Source: Bacteroidota bacterium (GTDB lineage: Bacteria > Bacteroidota > Bacteroidia > 2-12-FULL-35-15). Taken from it: DNA of 64,000 nucleotides. Positions within the stretch are counted from its first letter, which is position 1, and each line of letters opens with the position of its first letter. Position numbers and translations under genes: made by a program. The notes below the pieces were generated by a model, which saw only the letters and a program-made list of their open reading frames with translations, had not been told where the DNA came from and ran no database searches. Below are positions 1 through 10,490 of this stretch, piece by piece. The stretch is from NCBI GenBank assembly GCA_947479085.1, contig CANJYB010000017.1:34955-98954 (forward strand), read 5' to 3'.

Positions 1-544
1 CCCTGCTCCATTGATAATTACCTTCCACTGACCTTGGGTTCACAATCTGGTAACGCATTTCAGCAGCTATATAAGGCGTAATAGGTTTGTTAAAATCATA
101 AGCCAGTTTCAGTTTGTTTCTCGAATACCATTCCGGATACCTTCCTTTGTCACTGGTGTAAATATTCCTGTTTTCCACTTGCAATCGTTCGCGAAAAGAA
201 ACAACAAGTTGCGAAAACTTTTTTTTAAGGGTAATATCCAGCATTATCCTATGACGGTAACTGAAAGAATTATCCTGCTCGTATTTTTCTATTAACCTGT
301 AAGCTAAAGATACTTTGAGGATATCAAAAGGTTTGTAAGCAAGTCCTATATCTGTATAAAATAAATTGAGACGGGTAAAGTTTTCTCTTCTGCGGTATTC
401 TTCGGTAAGAAAAAAAGTGAATTTTTTATTTATTTTCTTTTCCAGGTTAAAAGTAGCCCATAATCCTGCATCATTTGAAACTTGTGAAAAAACAACCCCT
501 TTGAAACAGAACACCAAGAAAAAACAAAAAACAACCTTTTTCAT
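1..544 (-). CDS. DUF2490-like secreted/outer-membrane protein (N-terminus present, C-terminus beyond window edge)
   Basis: Minus-strand frame is open from the window edge to ATG at 544..542 and is not in the ORF track; I translated it by hand with no stops. N-terminus MKKVVFCFFLVFCFKGVVFSQ is signal-peptide-like. The sequence resembles the DUF2490 family, which typically neighbours VTC and DUF4956 genes. Confidence 0.45.
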   Translation of the reverse strand, partial: MKKVVFCFFLVFCFKGVVFSQVSNDAGLWATFNLEKKINKKFTFFLTEEYRRRENFTRLNLFYTDIGLAYKPFDILKVSLAYRLIEKYEQDNSFSYRHRIMLDITLKKKFSQLVVSFRERLQVENRNIYTSDKGRYPEWYSRNKLKLAYDFNKPITPYIAAEMRYQIVNPRSVEGNYQWSR

Positions 545-554
545 GTACAAAAAA

Positions 555-1187
555 TTAATCCTTTTTTGTCTCGTAATGAAAAACCCTTATTAAAGCTGTG
601 TCTTTTAAAAAATCTACTGAAGTAATTTCAATACGGTTTATTTTCAAACCAAGTCTGTTTTCCAAATCGGCCTTAAATGCCTCCTTATTTTCAGGTTTAA
701 TTAATTCTATATTTTCATATACCACTTGTTGTGAAACTTCCTTTTTCATAATAAACGTAGCTTCCAGAAGGAAGGTGACAAAAAGAAGAATAATATCTAG
801 CAGAGATATTTCTATCCAACTGCCTTTACTTAATGCGGTAATTAATCCCATAGCAATAACCAGGAACATATAAGTCATGTCTTTTGTTGTGATTCCTTCT
901 GTACGGAATCGCAAAATAGAAAACACTCCGAACAAGGCAAATGCCGCACCTTGGCCCATATCTGATTTATTGAGAACAAATGTTATCAGAAATATGATGA
1001 TGTTAAAAATAAAGAGAGTGTAAAAGTTCTCTTTGTTCTTATATACAGGAAAATAGATAAAACGAATCAGAACAAATACCGCAACAATATCAATTGTTAA
1101 GCGGATAAAAAATTTTGTTCCAAGTTTGTCAAATAATGAAATCCCTGTGTTAACAGTATCTTCATTTAGCTGTTGCAAAAGTACCAT
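555..1187 (-). CDS. DUF4956-like membrane protein
   Basis: 210-aa ORF with multiple hydrophobic helices and a charged C-terminal tail; lies in the conserved DUF2490/VTC/DUF4956 neighbourhood. Confidence 0.5.
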   Translation of the reverse strand: MVLLQQLNEDTVNTGISLFDKLGTKFFIRLTIDIVAVFVLIRFIYFPVYKNKENFYTLFIFNIIIFLITFVLNKSDMGQGAAFALFGVFSILRFRTEGITTKDMTYMFLVIAMGLITALSKGSWIEISLLDIILLFVTFLLEATFIMKKEVSQQVVYENIELIKPENKEAFKADLENRLGLKINRIEITSVDFLKDTALIRVFHYETKKD

Positions 1188-1929
1188 ACAATGTTTTTTT
1201 AATTAGTATTAGATTTGGTTTGAAACTATTATGCTTTATTTTTGTAAAAAGATTAATTACCCCGTAGCAGTATTTACTCATTGAGCCTTGGCGAACATGG
1301 TACTTTTTCATTAAATCAAGAAAAGGAGAAGATACTGAATTGTCTTGCTTTACTTCAGCAATTACAAGGTTTTGAACTGTAGAATCACCTTCATCATTTT
1401 TGAAATTAAGGTTTAAATCTATAGTGACCCGTTCAGGATATTTTTTATTGACAAGGGTTATACGCGAAAAATTTGTCCAAAGTTTTGCATTCAATTTATC
1501 CGGAAGTATAGGAGTTTTTTCTTTTAATAAAGTCTCGGCCTCCTTATCAATTAACCCTGAAATTTCATTTTGTTTTACCCTGTTTTTAATTGTCCTTCCT
1601 TTGTTATTTTTGAATTTAACCTCAAAAAAATTAATATTCGACTCTACATATCTTCTGCTCCTGATTTTATACCTGCTGGGTTTTCCTCTTTGATGCGAAT
1701 GGTATAAATCAAAATTAACGGTATCATAATAAAGCGTTTCATACCTGCTTATCCGATTCCCCATTACATCAAGCACGCTATACTCATTTTTTATTTGTTC
1801 CAGAAAAGACAGAAGATCGCTTTCACGGAAAACAAATTTTGTATCCGTTCTATCCATCAGCGCCACACTATCCATTTCCTTTAATGAAATAGGGGTAAAA
1901 CCTGCTAATATTTCTTTCAGATTGTTCAA
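1162..1929 (-). CDS. VTC (polyphosphate polymerase-like) domain protein
   Basis: 255-aa ORF overlapping the downstream DUF4956 gene by 26 bp (operon); sequence family recalled as bacterial VTC domain. Confidence 0.45.
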   Translation of the reverse strand: MNNLKEILAGFTPISLKEMDSVALMDRTDTKFVFRESDLLSFLEQIKNEYSVLDVMGNRISRYETLYYDTVNFDLYHSHQRGKPSRYKIRSRRYVESNINFFEVKFKNNKGRTIKNRVKQNEISGLIDKEAETLLKEKTPILPDKLNAKLWTNFSRITLVNKKYPERVTIDLNLNFKNDEGDSTVQNLVIAEVKQDNSVSSPFLDLMKKYHVRQGSMSKYCYGVINLFTKIKHNSFKPNLILIKKTLYGTFATAK

Positions 1930-1930
1930 T

Positions 1931-2497
1931 TTAATATTCGTATGTATACTTTTTAATAGCTAAAATGTTTCCACCAGCATCCGTGGTTTTCTTTTCTATT
2001 TTCAAACTATTTTTATCGTAAGTATAAATCGACTTTTTAATCACCTTGCCTTGCACATCGGTGGTTAGTTCAAACGTTTTTTCTCCTTTAGCATTATATC
2101 CAAACTGAGTTTTTTCAGTCATTTGGTCTTTTGAATCGTAATCGGTTTCCAATGTTTTGTCTTTATTGACATTATATTCCGTTACTGTTTTTTTAATCAC
2201 GTTTCCCTTTTCATCAAAAACTACTTTTTCCGTTTCATCATCGTTCTTATTGTATTTTGTGGTTTCCTTTTTCTTAAAAGTTCCATCTTTATTGTATTCT
2301 ATTTCTTCGGTAACGTTTCCGGATTTATCAAACTTCTGAAATGATTCAGTAAATGTCTTTTCTTTCCCGTCAGTTATTTCAGTAAGGGTTTCGGTAGCTG
2401 ATTTTATTTTAAATTTCTTTACATCTTTTTTATTCTGAGCAAAAGAAATGGTAGTTAAACAAATGAATGCGAAAACTAAACGTATTGTGTTTTTCAT
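1931..2497 (-). CDS. hypothetical secreted repeat protein
   Basis: Signal peptide MKNTIRLVFAFICLTTISFAQ followed by K/E/T-rich internal repeats. Confidence 0.45.
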   Translation of the reverse strand: MKNTIRLVFAFICLTTISFAQNKKDVKKFKIKSATETLTEITDGKEKTFTESFQKFDKSGNVTEEIEYNKDGTFKKKETTKYNKNDDETEKVVFDEKGNVIKKTVTEYNVNKDKTLETDYDSKDQMTEKTQFGYNAKGEKTFELTTDVQGKVIKKSIYTYDKNSLKIEKKTTDAGGNILAIKKYTYEY

Positions 2498-2506
2498 ATT
2501 TATCTT

Positions 2507-2938
2507 TTAATTTTCTATTACTATTGTTCCGGCATCTACCGTTTGTTTTTTACTCGTAATCTCTACTGATTTGATAATCGCTTTGTTTGGTGCGTGTAAA
2601 TCAGGATTAGATGGAGAGTAAGGAGGAGTAGCAACTGTGGCTACCGAATCTTTGGAATATGCGTAAATTTTATAATTACCCTTTCTGAGATAATCAAATT
2701 CATAAACTCCATCGGGTCCTGATTTTACCCTGTTCCCGTAAGTTGCATCATCACCGTAAATAATGTATACATCAATGTCAGCACCTGGCCCTTGATTATA
2801 AAGCGCTCCAAAATCAGGACGAACATTGCGCGCCCATATTTTACCAGTGATAGTCGCTTGTCCACCTTCCCCGGCTTCCTTTTTACAGGAAGAGATTACA
2901 ATTAATGTAATTCCCAAAACAAAAAATACCTTTTTCAT
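2507..2938 (-). CDS. hypothetical lipoprotein
   Basis: Signal peptide with lipobox-like ISSC; 143 aa. Confidence 0.45.
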   Translation of the reverse strand: MKKVFFVLGITLIVISSCKKEAGEGGQATITGKIWARNVRPDFGALYNQGPGADIDVYIIYGDDATYGNRVKSGPDGVYEFDYLRKGNYKIYAYSKDSVATVATPPYSPSNPDLHAPNKAIIKSVEITSKKQTVDAGTIVIEN

Positions 2939-2952
2939 TGTTTATATTTTAT

Positions 2953-4605
2953 TTACTCTGTTATTATAAAATTTCCTTTTCCAAGCACTTCTGTTTTACT
3001 TGTTGCAATGTAGAAATAGTAACCACTTGAAAGATTATTTCTCTTAATTATAGTTTGATTAGAATTAGTAATTTGCTGAGTCATTATTTTCTTCCCTGAA
3101 ATATCATATATATTCAGCTCCCATGATTTAATGATTTCGGATGAATTAATCCTTATAGTTGTCTGTGTATTAAACGGATTTGGGAAACTGGAAATAGAAT
3201 ATGCATCAGTAAAAAATTCTTTTATCCCAATATTTGATTCATTGGGAATGTGGTGATGTGCATAAATGTCATGATTTCCATTTCTTTTATCTGTCCAGGT
3301 ATATATTGAACCTCCATCACTTGTAGAAATGTTTTTGGGTCCTGATTGTCCTCCTGTTGCTATTGCTATAGAATCTCCTGTTGGCATCCATAATTTGACA
3401 CCTGTTGAATCCAAACGCTGTGAAAATACATCCCAGGTACCGCTTGAAGTGGTTGAATCCTGCCATACAATAACAGAACCACTAAAATTATCACTTACAC
3501 AATTTGGATTAATTCCATTTCCAAGCAATATTCCATTTCCATTTGTAGTTGAAATTTTTGTACCATCTGGTCTGAGCCTGTTTGCATATATCTGATATAT
3601 CCCGGCCCGCTCATCTTTCCAGGCCACTATTATCCCGTTTGTATCAACGCTTATATCTATTGCACTTTGGTTGGCTATGGCGCTGCACACAGTAATACCA
3701 TATTGATTCCATTGCAATGCTCCATTTGCACTTAATCGTTGAGCATAAATATCATAATCATCTCCATTTCGTTTATCCTGCCAGCCAATATAAGCACCAT
3801 TCATTCCATCCGATTCCAGCTTTGGGTTGGTTTGGTTTCCCGGAGTGTTACAAACCAACACTCCATTTGCCGTCCACTGAACAACTCCATTAGCATCAAT
3901 TCGTTGAGAATAAATAAAATTTTCTACAAAACCTCGTTTGTCTTGCCAGATAATAATTGCACCACCTAAGCCATCAGGAACTATTCTGGGGTTAATTTGT
4001 GTTCCAGCTGCATTGCATATAACCTCCCCTCCCGCGGTCCACATGATGGCTCCTGCACTGCTTATCCTTTGGGCATAAATATCTAGGGTTCCACCAACGG
4101 AATCTTCCCAGACAAAAATGCCACCTCCTGCACCATCACTTATCACTCTTACGCTTCTTTGATTCGCAGCCTTTAAGCAAACGGCAACTCCATTAGCCGT
4201 CCAAAGCATATTACCACTCGAATCTATTTTTTGAGCATAAATATCTTTATCTCCACTTCGTTTATCTTCCCATGCTATTATAGCGCCTGAGTTATCTGAA
4301 GATACAATGTATTCTGTATTTTGAGTTGCTGTATCAGAACAAACTACCACTCCATCAAGGGTCCACACAGGAAATCCTGCAGCATTCATCCTTTGAACAT
4401 AAATATCTCCGGTTACCGAATCTACCCGATAATCTGCCCAGGCTATAATGGCACCACCTTTGGAATCGGAAACAATTCTTGAGTCTTCCTGTCGGTGAGG
4501 TTGAACACAAACCGGAGTATTGATAGCCGGGTTTTGAACCCATTGCGAAAATCCTTTCGACAATATCCCAATAAATAAAAGACAAAAATGTAATTTTAAT
4601 TTCAT
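2953..4605 (-). CDS. T9SS C-terminal-sorting-domain protein with ~9 tandem ~45-aa propeller-like repeats
   Basis: Signal peptide. Repeated modules of the form GGAIIAW(E/Q)D.R.G..DIYAQR....G...W. C-terminus ...FPNPFNTQTTIRI...YYFYIATSK...FIITE matches the T9SS C-terminal sorting domain (CTD). Confidence 0.6.
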   Translation of the reverse strand: MKLKLHFCLLFIGILSKGFSQWVQNPAINTPVCVQPHRQEDSRIVSDSKGGAIIAWADYRVDSVTGDIYVQRMNAAGFPVWTLDGVVVCSDTATQNTEYIVSSDNSGAIIAWEDKRSGDKDIYAQKIDSSGNMLWTANGVAVCLKAANQRSVRVISDGAGGGIFVWEDSVGGTLDIYAQRISSAGAIMWTAGGEVICNAAGTQINPRIVPDGLGGAIIIWQDKRGFVENFIYSQRIDANGVVQWTANGVLVCNTPGNQTNPKLESDGMNGAYIGWQDKRNGDDYDIYAQRLSANGALQWNQYGITVCSAIANQSAIDISVDTNGIIVAWKDERAGIYQIYANRLRPDGTKISTTNGNGILLGNGINPNCVSDNFSGSVIVWQDSTTSSGTWDVFSQRLDSTGVKLWMPTGDSIAIATGGQSGPKNISTSDGGSIYTWTDKRNGNHDIYAHHHIPNESNIGIKEFFTDAYSISSFPNPFNTQTTIRINSSEIIKSWELNIYDISGKKIMTQQITNSNQTIIKRNNLSSGYYFYIATSKTEVLGKGNFIITE

Positions 4606-4701
4606 AAGCTATTAATTTTAAATTTCGGCAAAGTTAATATTATATTAATATTATAAATCAACGTTATCTGTCGTTTATCGAAATTAAGAACAAAGTAGTT
4701 T

Positions 4702-5016
4702 TTAAGCCTGTGCTGTTGGACCTCCAAAATTCATGGGCAAACCGGTAGGCATGTCGGTATCTTTAATAGTACCATGCACCTGTTCAAATTTACCGATATT
4801 ATCTTTTAATGCTTTCATTAATCTTTTCGCATGCTGAGGGGTTAGTACAATGCGCGATTTCACTTTTGCTTTTGGTATACCCGGCATCATTCTAATAAAA
4901 TCTACCACGAATTCCGAATTGGAATGGGTAATGATGGCAAGATTTGAATAAATTCCTTCTGCTACTTCCTCGCTTAACTCAATATTTAATTGGTTATTGT
5001 TTTGTTGTTCTTCCAT
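4702..5016 (-). CDS. DUF3467-like small protein
   Basis: Conserved block NIELSEEVAEGIYSNLAIITHSNSEFVVDFIRMMPG. Start trimmed to the internal ATG (MEEQQ...), since the longer 5' extension looks spurious. Confidence 0.4.
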   Translation of the reverse strand: MEEQQNNNQLNIELSEEVAEGIYSNLAIITHSNSEFVVDFIRMMPGIPKAKVKSRIVLTPQHAKRLMKALKDNIGKFEQVHGTIKDTDMPTGLPMNFGGPTAQA

Positions 5017-5143
5017 TATTTTTTCTTTATTTATTGTTAAAAGTTGGTAAAGATAATTTTTTTCGCGGAATGGAATACCAAAACAAGCCATCAAAAAAGG
5101 ATGGAGAATTATAGGTACAGCTTTGGAATAAACAATTGAAGTT

Positions 5144-5500
5144 TTACTTACTTGCTTTCACGTTGGAAAGTTGAGCAGGAAATCCTGCATTGCAGCCTTC
5201 GGGGTTGTGCATTCTTAAAGGGATATAATCAAACGAAATTACCATTCCGTCCACATCCAGGTTGTCAGGGAGTTTATCTTTGGGAATAAGGGTCATCACC
5301 TCATCCCCCTTTTTCACTATAATTACTGTAGCACATCCGGTAGCCCGGTATTGGTGAGATACGGTCCCTTTGGTTTGCCCGGTAGTTTGTTCCATAGTTG
5401 TGGTAGTTGTAGCAGTTGTTTTTTTGTCAGCGTGTTTGCCAATTTTACAGGCGCCAATGCTTAAGGCTACCACCGCTATTATTAGTGCAATGTTCTTCAT
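5144..5500 (-). CDS. hypothetical lipoprotein
   Basis: Signal peptide with lipobox IGAC; Thr-rich linker. Confidence 0.4.
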   Translation of the reverse strand: MKNIALIIAVVALSIGACKIGKHADKKTTATTTTTMEQTTGQTKGTVSHQYRATGCATVIIVKKGDEVMTLIPKDKLPDNLDVDGMVISFDYIPLRMHNPEGCNAGFPAQLSNVKASK

Positions 5501-5515
5501 TTTTACAATTAATTT

Positions 5516-7384
5516 TTACTGAATATTTATCTTTTTAACCCTTTGAAAACTGCTGTTCATTTTACCTACCCTAACCAGGTAAGTTCCTTTTGCCAAAGCT
5601 GAAACATCAAGGGAGGTTTCAAAGGAATGAAAAGAAGGTTTTATTTTTCTACTCATGATTTTTTTTCCATTAATATCAAATAAATCCACAATCAGCTCAT
5701 CGTCATTTTCAAGGCTGGTGCCTATAATATTTACATCATTTCCCGATTGAAAAACATTTACTACTGCCGAGGCATTATCATATTCGGCCACTCCCACATA
5801 ACACGGAATCTGGAAAGAATAAATCCTTGTGCCTATATTAGGATTACTGCCGGTTGCATACTCTCCCGTATGCCAAAATGTAGTTCCATCAACCGGGTCG
5901 ATGGCTGTTTGCGAATAATCGCCCCAACGAAAGGTTTGAGTTAATACTCCGGTGCCCTGGAAAGCAACCGTTTCTGCAATTGTCATGGTACCCAAAGGAT
6001 CGTTGGCAATTCTTCCGGTATAAGCCAGGCTTGGGTAATCGCCTGCGGCAGATGAAGATTTATTATAACATAAGGCTATGCTTCCGCAATCGTTCATGGC
6101 TATACTTCCGCACCAATAGCTGGAAGTTCCGGGTGCATACGTTCCTTCCTGAAATTTAGACCAAACACCGCTGGTATCATTCTGACGCAATTCCACCCAG
6201 CGAATGCCTCTTTGTGTTGCACTTATACGCACTGCAAAATTTAAAACCACTGTATTGTATCCTGTCCATTTTCTCCATTGCGCCCTGAAGTTCAAAAACC
6301 CGCCCAATCCATCCAGTTTAGAAGTAGTTCCCGGTTGGGAAATATCGGAACCAGCCACACTGTACTGAGAATCGAAAGCGGAAAGACCCACAAGGGCAGG
6401 ACTTGCAGAAATAGTAGCTGTAGGAACAGCTGGTGTCCAGTTAACAGACATGGACCATATCCTGATTTCATCTCCTCCTCCTCCCCAGGAATTATCATGA
6501 AAAGAAAAGAAAGGAAGCGGAGTTCCAAATGGGGGCAATTGCCCATCAGCATCTGCAGGTAGCGGAACATAAAAAGAACTGGTGGTACCGCTGGTAAAAG
6601 GAATACCAACAGAACGAGCCGGCCTACCCAACAGCATGGAATCTCTTTCAAAACAATATACCTCATCCGTATTTTGATTGGCGGTCATATAATATCCATC
6701 TGCCCAGATAGAAAATTTCTGAAAATCGGGATACTGACCTGTAGCAAATGTGTACGTATAATAAGTACCTGAAGGGTCGGCTGTAGTGGAAATGGCTATA
6801 TAAGTGTTCAGGTCGCCATTGCTGGCTTGTCCTATCTGGCTCAAAAACCAGCGGTCAGCATATTTATCATACAGCACAATGGGGTCGCCACCATTACCCA
6901 CTGCAGGAACCCAGAGATTACCCAGATGGTGAACTGCACCTACTAATGCCCCAGTGGTTTTATTAAATACTTTTAATGGAGTAGAATTTACACATTGAAC
7001 ATAATGATTAGGTCCGGCCGCACCAGAAGGGTCCGGGGGATAAAACAAACCCACCTGGCCTGCCCAGTTGGTTGAAATGGATGATGACTGGCGGGTACCG
7101 GGAACGGTTTGTCTTACCTGTTCATCTTCTCGGTATTCTTCACCGTCTTTTTCAGTATATAAATAAGTATGTTTTACTCTATGTTCACCATCTTCCGATT
7201 CTTTTCTTTGAATATTATCTGTTTCGTTTTCAGAAGCTACTGAATCGAACAATTCGCTTAAGGGACGGGAAATACCAAAGGAGGTATATTTTACTAAATG
7301 AACTTTGGGCTTTTGGTCATTGCTTTGAGAAAACAAATTGCCAACAGCACTACATAAAAATGCAATAATAATAAGGGTTCTCAT
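5516..7384 (-). CDS. T9SS C-terminal-sorting-domain secreted protein
   Basis: Signal peptide; 622 aa; C-terminus ...KGTYLVRVGKMNSSFQRVKKINIQ is a typical T9SS CTD. Confidence 0.55.
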   Translation of the reverse strand: MRTLIIIAFLCSAVGNLFSQSNDQKPKVHLVKYTSFGISRPLSELFDSVASENETDNIQRKESEDGEHRVKHTYLYTEKDGEEYREDEQVRQTVPGTRQSSSISTNWAGQVGLFYPPDPSGAAGPNHYVQCVNSTPLKVFNKTTGALVGAVHHLGNLWVPAVGNGGDPIVLYDKYADRWFLSQIGQASNGDLNTYIAISTTADPSGTYYTYTFATGQYPDFQKFSIWADGYYMTANQNTDEVYCFERDSMLLGRPARSVGIPFTSGTTSSFYVPLPADADGQLPPFGTPLPFFSFHDNSWGGGGDEIRIWSMSVNWTPAVPTATISASPALVGLSAFDSQYSVAGSDISQPGTTSKLDGLGGFLNFRAQWRKWTGYNTVVLNFAVRISATQRGIRWVELRQNDTSGVWSKFQEGTYAPGTSSYWCGSIAMNDCGSIALCYNKSSSAAGDYPSLAYTGRIANDPLGTMTIAETVAFQGTGVLTQTFRWGDYSQTAIDPVDGTTFWHTGEYATGSNPNIGTRIYSFQIPCYVGVAEYDNASAVVNVFQSGNDVNIIGTSLENDDELIVDLFDINGKKIMSRKIKPSFHSFETSLDVSALAKGTYLVRVGKMNSSFQRVKKINIQ

Positions 7385-7389
7385 ACTTT

Positions 7390-7824
7390 TTAATCCAATT
7401 TTGGCATTTCAATTTCATCCTGAACTAAAAAGGAAGAAGGGAAATCGGCCTGTACCTGTTTCAGAAATTTATAGGCTTCCAGTTTTGTCCTGAAATCGCC
7501 CACACGGATATTAAAATTGGGCTGATCGTACTTTTCGTAAGCAGGTACATTAGGATATTTTGCCAGAAAATCCGCTTTTATTTCCTTGGCTTTGTTTTTA
7601 TCCGAACCAAAATGTATTTTTATTCTGTATCCTTTTATAGGAGCTTTGGCATTTATCTCTGCATGGTTGCTTAGCAACTCTTTTACCTTTGCGTCCTGCA
7701 CTATTTCTACCTTTCCGGAATCTTTTGCAGCCGTTTGAGAGCGAAGCAGGCTGCCGGAGATTAGTATTAAAACTACTAATAAAGTAAATTTCAGTTTATT
7801 CATTGTTTTGTATTTACGCCACAA
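7390..7824 (-). CDS. SPOR domain protein
   Basis: N-terminal TM/signal; C-terminal GYRIKIHFGSDKNKAKEIKADFLAKYPNVPAYEKYDQPNFNIRVGDF matches the SPOR peptidoglycan-binding repeat. Confidence 0.5.
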   Translation of the reverse strand: MWRKYKTMNKLKFTLLVVLILISGSLLRSQTAAKDSGKVEIVQDAKVKELLSNHAEINAKAPIKGYRIKIHFGSDKNKAKEIKADFLAKYPNVPAYEKYDQPNFNIRVGDFRTKLEAYKFLKQVQADFPSSFLVQDEIEMPKLD

Positions 7825-8032
7825 AGTTAATTTATTTTCTTGTTTTACAGTTATGGCTATGGTTTAGTTGGATTTGGTATTCAAATTTAATGCCCTTACA
7901 ATTTGGTTTGTTAACATTGGCTTAACATTGAGATAATATAATGGTAATCTTAATGAAGATTGACTTTATCCATAAGAATATACTTTTGCCTAACATTAAA
8001 TTAACCTTATATTAACAATAAACTTAATCCTG

Positions 8033-8677
8033 ATGAACTTAAACATCTTCCAATTTTTTCAGCCAAAAGACAAAATATTTTTTCTCCTTTTTCAAAAGGC
8101 ATCGGCCAATGCAACGGAAACCGCAAAAGCTTTGGTGGAATTAGTAACTACTTCTTCTGTTGACAGAAGGAAAGAAATGTTTCGTGAAATTGAAAAACTG
8201 GAGCACGTAGGTGATGACATTACTCACGAAACATTTAATCAGTTAAGTTTGAATTTCATCACTCCTTTTGATCGTGACGATATTCATAACCTGGTTTCGT
8301 CCATTGATGATATAGTGGATTATATACATGGGGCCTCCAAACGGATTGAACTATATAAGGTGGAAGAAATGACCCCGGCTATTGTTAAACTGGCTGAGCT
8401 TATTCTTAAAAGCACCGAAGAATTACAAATTGCCGTTTCTGAATTGAAAAATCTTAAAAACATTTCGAAAATAAAAGAATCGACTGTAAGAATTAACAGC
8501 ATCGAAAATCATGCGGATGATATTTTTGATATGGCTATTGCAAAATTATTTGAAGAAGAAAAAAATGCAGTGGAGGTTATTAAAATGAAAGATGTTTTAT
8601 TTGTTCTGGAAACAGCTACTGATAAATGCGAAGAAGCTGCTAATGTAATTAATACAATACTTATTAAAAATGCTTAA
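8033..8677 (+). CDS. DUF47 (PhoU-like) phosphate transport regulator partner
   Basis: 214-aa helical protein immediately upstream of the PiT transporter, the canonical DUF47-PiT pair. Confidence 0.65.
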   Translation: MNLNIFQFFQPKDKIFFLLFQKASANATETAKALVELVTTSSVDRRKEMFREIEKLEHVGDDITHETFNQLSLNFITPFDRDDIHNLVSSIDDIVDYIHGASKRIELYKVEEMTPAIVKLAELILKSTEELQIAVSELKNLKNISKIKESTVRINSIENHADDIFDMAIAKLFEEEKNAVEVIKMKDVLFVLETATDKCEEAANVINTILIKNA

Positions 8678-8776
8678 CTAATTATGAATTATGAGTGATG
8701 AATTATGAGTTAAATGCCCATTTTGTTTTCTCAATTCTTCATTCATAATTTATAATTTATAATTCATAACTCAAAT

Positions 8777-10429
8777 ATGACCTTATTAGTAATAGTAATA
8801 GCTTTAGCATTAATATTCGATTTTATTAACGGATTTCATGATGCGGCCAATTCGATAGCTACCATTGTTTCCACAAAAGTACTGACTCCTTTTCAGGCGG
8901 TGCTTTGGGCAGCATTTTTTAATTGTGTTGCTTTTTTAATTTTCAAAGACCATGCTGTGGCCAATACCATTGGCAAAACAGTTTATTCCGATTTTATTTC
9001 ATTGCCGGTAATCTGCAGCGGATTAATAGCCGCTATTTGCTGGAACTTACTTACCTGGTGGTATGGTATCCCGTCTTCCTCTTCGCATACACTTATTGGT
9101 GGTTTTGCAGGTTCGGCCATTGCTTATGCATTTCTTAGTAAAGGAATGATGCCTATAAGCGAAATCATTGACAGTGAAAAAATAGGAAAAACCATTATGT
9201 TTATTCTTCTTGCTCCACTTATCGGTATGCTTATTTCCATTTTTTACACCCTTATTTTTATTCAAAATAAAACATGGCTAAAGGTGGGTATTCTGGGTGC
9301 TTCCGCTGTTTTAATTTATTTTCTGTTCATCGGTTTTCAGAAAGATAAGTTATCCGAAAACATTAATAAATTTTTTAAAGTAGATAAATACACTTATGAA
9401 ATTAATGTAAAACATGATTCTACCAAGGCACACAAGCTTGAAAAAGCAATGCTGAGTGCTACTTTGTGCCAACCCTTTTTATCAAAATACGAATACAGCG
9501 GTTCGGAATATGTGGCCAACGAAATAGTAAACAATGTGGACATGAAGGAAATTACCATTAGCAGGCTGGGTGATAAACTGAACACTTTTTTTAAAATAGA
9601 TCAGCTTAAGAACAAGGCTAAAATAAATCCTGCGTTGAAAGAAGAATACCTGGCCACTCAAAATATTGTGGATAGTTTAAAACCTGTAACCAAGAAGTAT
9701 TTTGATTTGGGAGCTGATGGCATGGTGGCTACCATGACCACCATTTACCCTATGGAGGCTGATAAAATGAAAGACTTTAAGAAGGCCATGAAAATTGACA
9801 TAAAAGCCGACCTGACCAAAGAACTGAATAAGGCAGACAATAAAATAGTGCGCTGGGGCCTGGTAATTATGCTGTTTATTTTTGCCTTTATGTTTATTTA
9901 TAACGAAAAAATTAAAAATCCGAGTGCCACCCGAACCTCTAATTCCTTTAAACGGGCACAGTTGCTATCTTCTGCAGCTTTCAGTATTGGACATGGAGGA
10001 AACGATGCACAAAAGGTGATGGGAATTATTGCAGCAGCACTGGTTGCAAACGGAAGTATTGTGGATATTAAATCGATGCCCGACTGGATTCCATTGTCCT
10101 GCTATCTGGCCATAGGGTTAGGTACATTAAGCGGTGGCTGGAAAATTGTAAAAACCATGGGAACCAAAATTACCAAAGTAACTCCGCTGGAAGGTGTTTG
10201 TGCTGAAACGGCAGGTGCCACCACCTTGTTTTTAACCGAACAAATGGGAATTCCTGTTTCCACCACGCATACCATCACCGGGGCCATCATTGGGGTGGGT
10301 GCTACCAAGGGCTTAAGTGCGGTAAAATGGGGAGTGACCGTTAGCCTGCTGTGGGCATGGGTACTTACTATTCCTATAAGTGCTTTATTAGGTGGTTTGT
10401 TTTACTGGATATTCAGTTTGTTTTTATAA
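8777..10429 (+). CDS. inorganic phosphate transporter, PiT family
   Basis: Signature GFHDAANSIAT near the N-terminus and a second GANDAQK-like motif (GGNDAQKVMG) in the C-terminal repeat; ~200-aa hydrophilic insertion between the two halves. Confidence 0.8.
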   Translation: MTLLVIVIALALIFDFINGFHDAANSIATIVSTKVLTPFQAVLWAAFFNCVAFLIFKDHAVANTIGKTVYSDFISLPVICSGLIAAICWNLLTWWYGIPSSSSHTLIGGFAGSAIAYAFLSKGMMPISEIIDSEKIGKTIMFILLAPLIGMLISIFYTLIFIQNKTWLKVGILGASAVLIYFLFIGFQKDKLSENINKFFKVDKYTYEINVKHDSTKAHKLEKAMLSATLCQPFLSKYEYSGSEYVANEIVNNVDMKEITISRLGDKLNTFFKIDQLKNKAKINPALKEEYLATQNIVDSLKPVTKKYFDLGADGMVATMTTIYPMEADKMKDFKKAMKIDIKADLTKELNKADNKIVRWGLVIMLFIFAFMFIYNEKIKNPSATRTSNSFKRAQLLSSAAFSIGHGGNDAQKVMGIIAAALVANGSIVDIKSMPDWIPLSCYLAIGLGTLSGGWKIVKTMGTKITKVTPLEGVCAETAGATTLFLTEQMGIPVSTTHTITGAIIGVGATKGLSAVKWGVTVSLLWAWVLTIPISALLGGLFYWIFSLFL

Positions 10430-10461
10430 AAAGCATATTCAAATCCTATAACAAACTCAAA

Positions 10462-10490
10462 AAGCCTTTCCATTTGGAGAGGCTTTTTTG
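10462..10490 (+). terminator. rho-independent terminator after the PiT gene
   Basis: Hairpin aagcctttcc/ggagaggctt (one G.U wobble) followed by T6. Confidence 0.55.

Noticed and set aside
366-873. ORFs 366..593 (+) and 598..873 (+)
   Set aside because: Overlap the hand-translated DUF2490 and DUF4956 genes on the minus strand; low-complexity translations.
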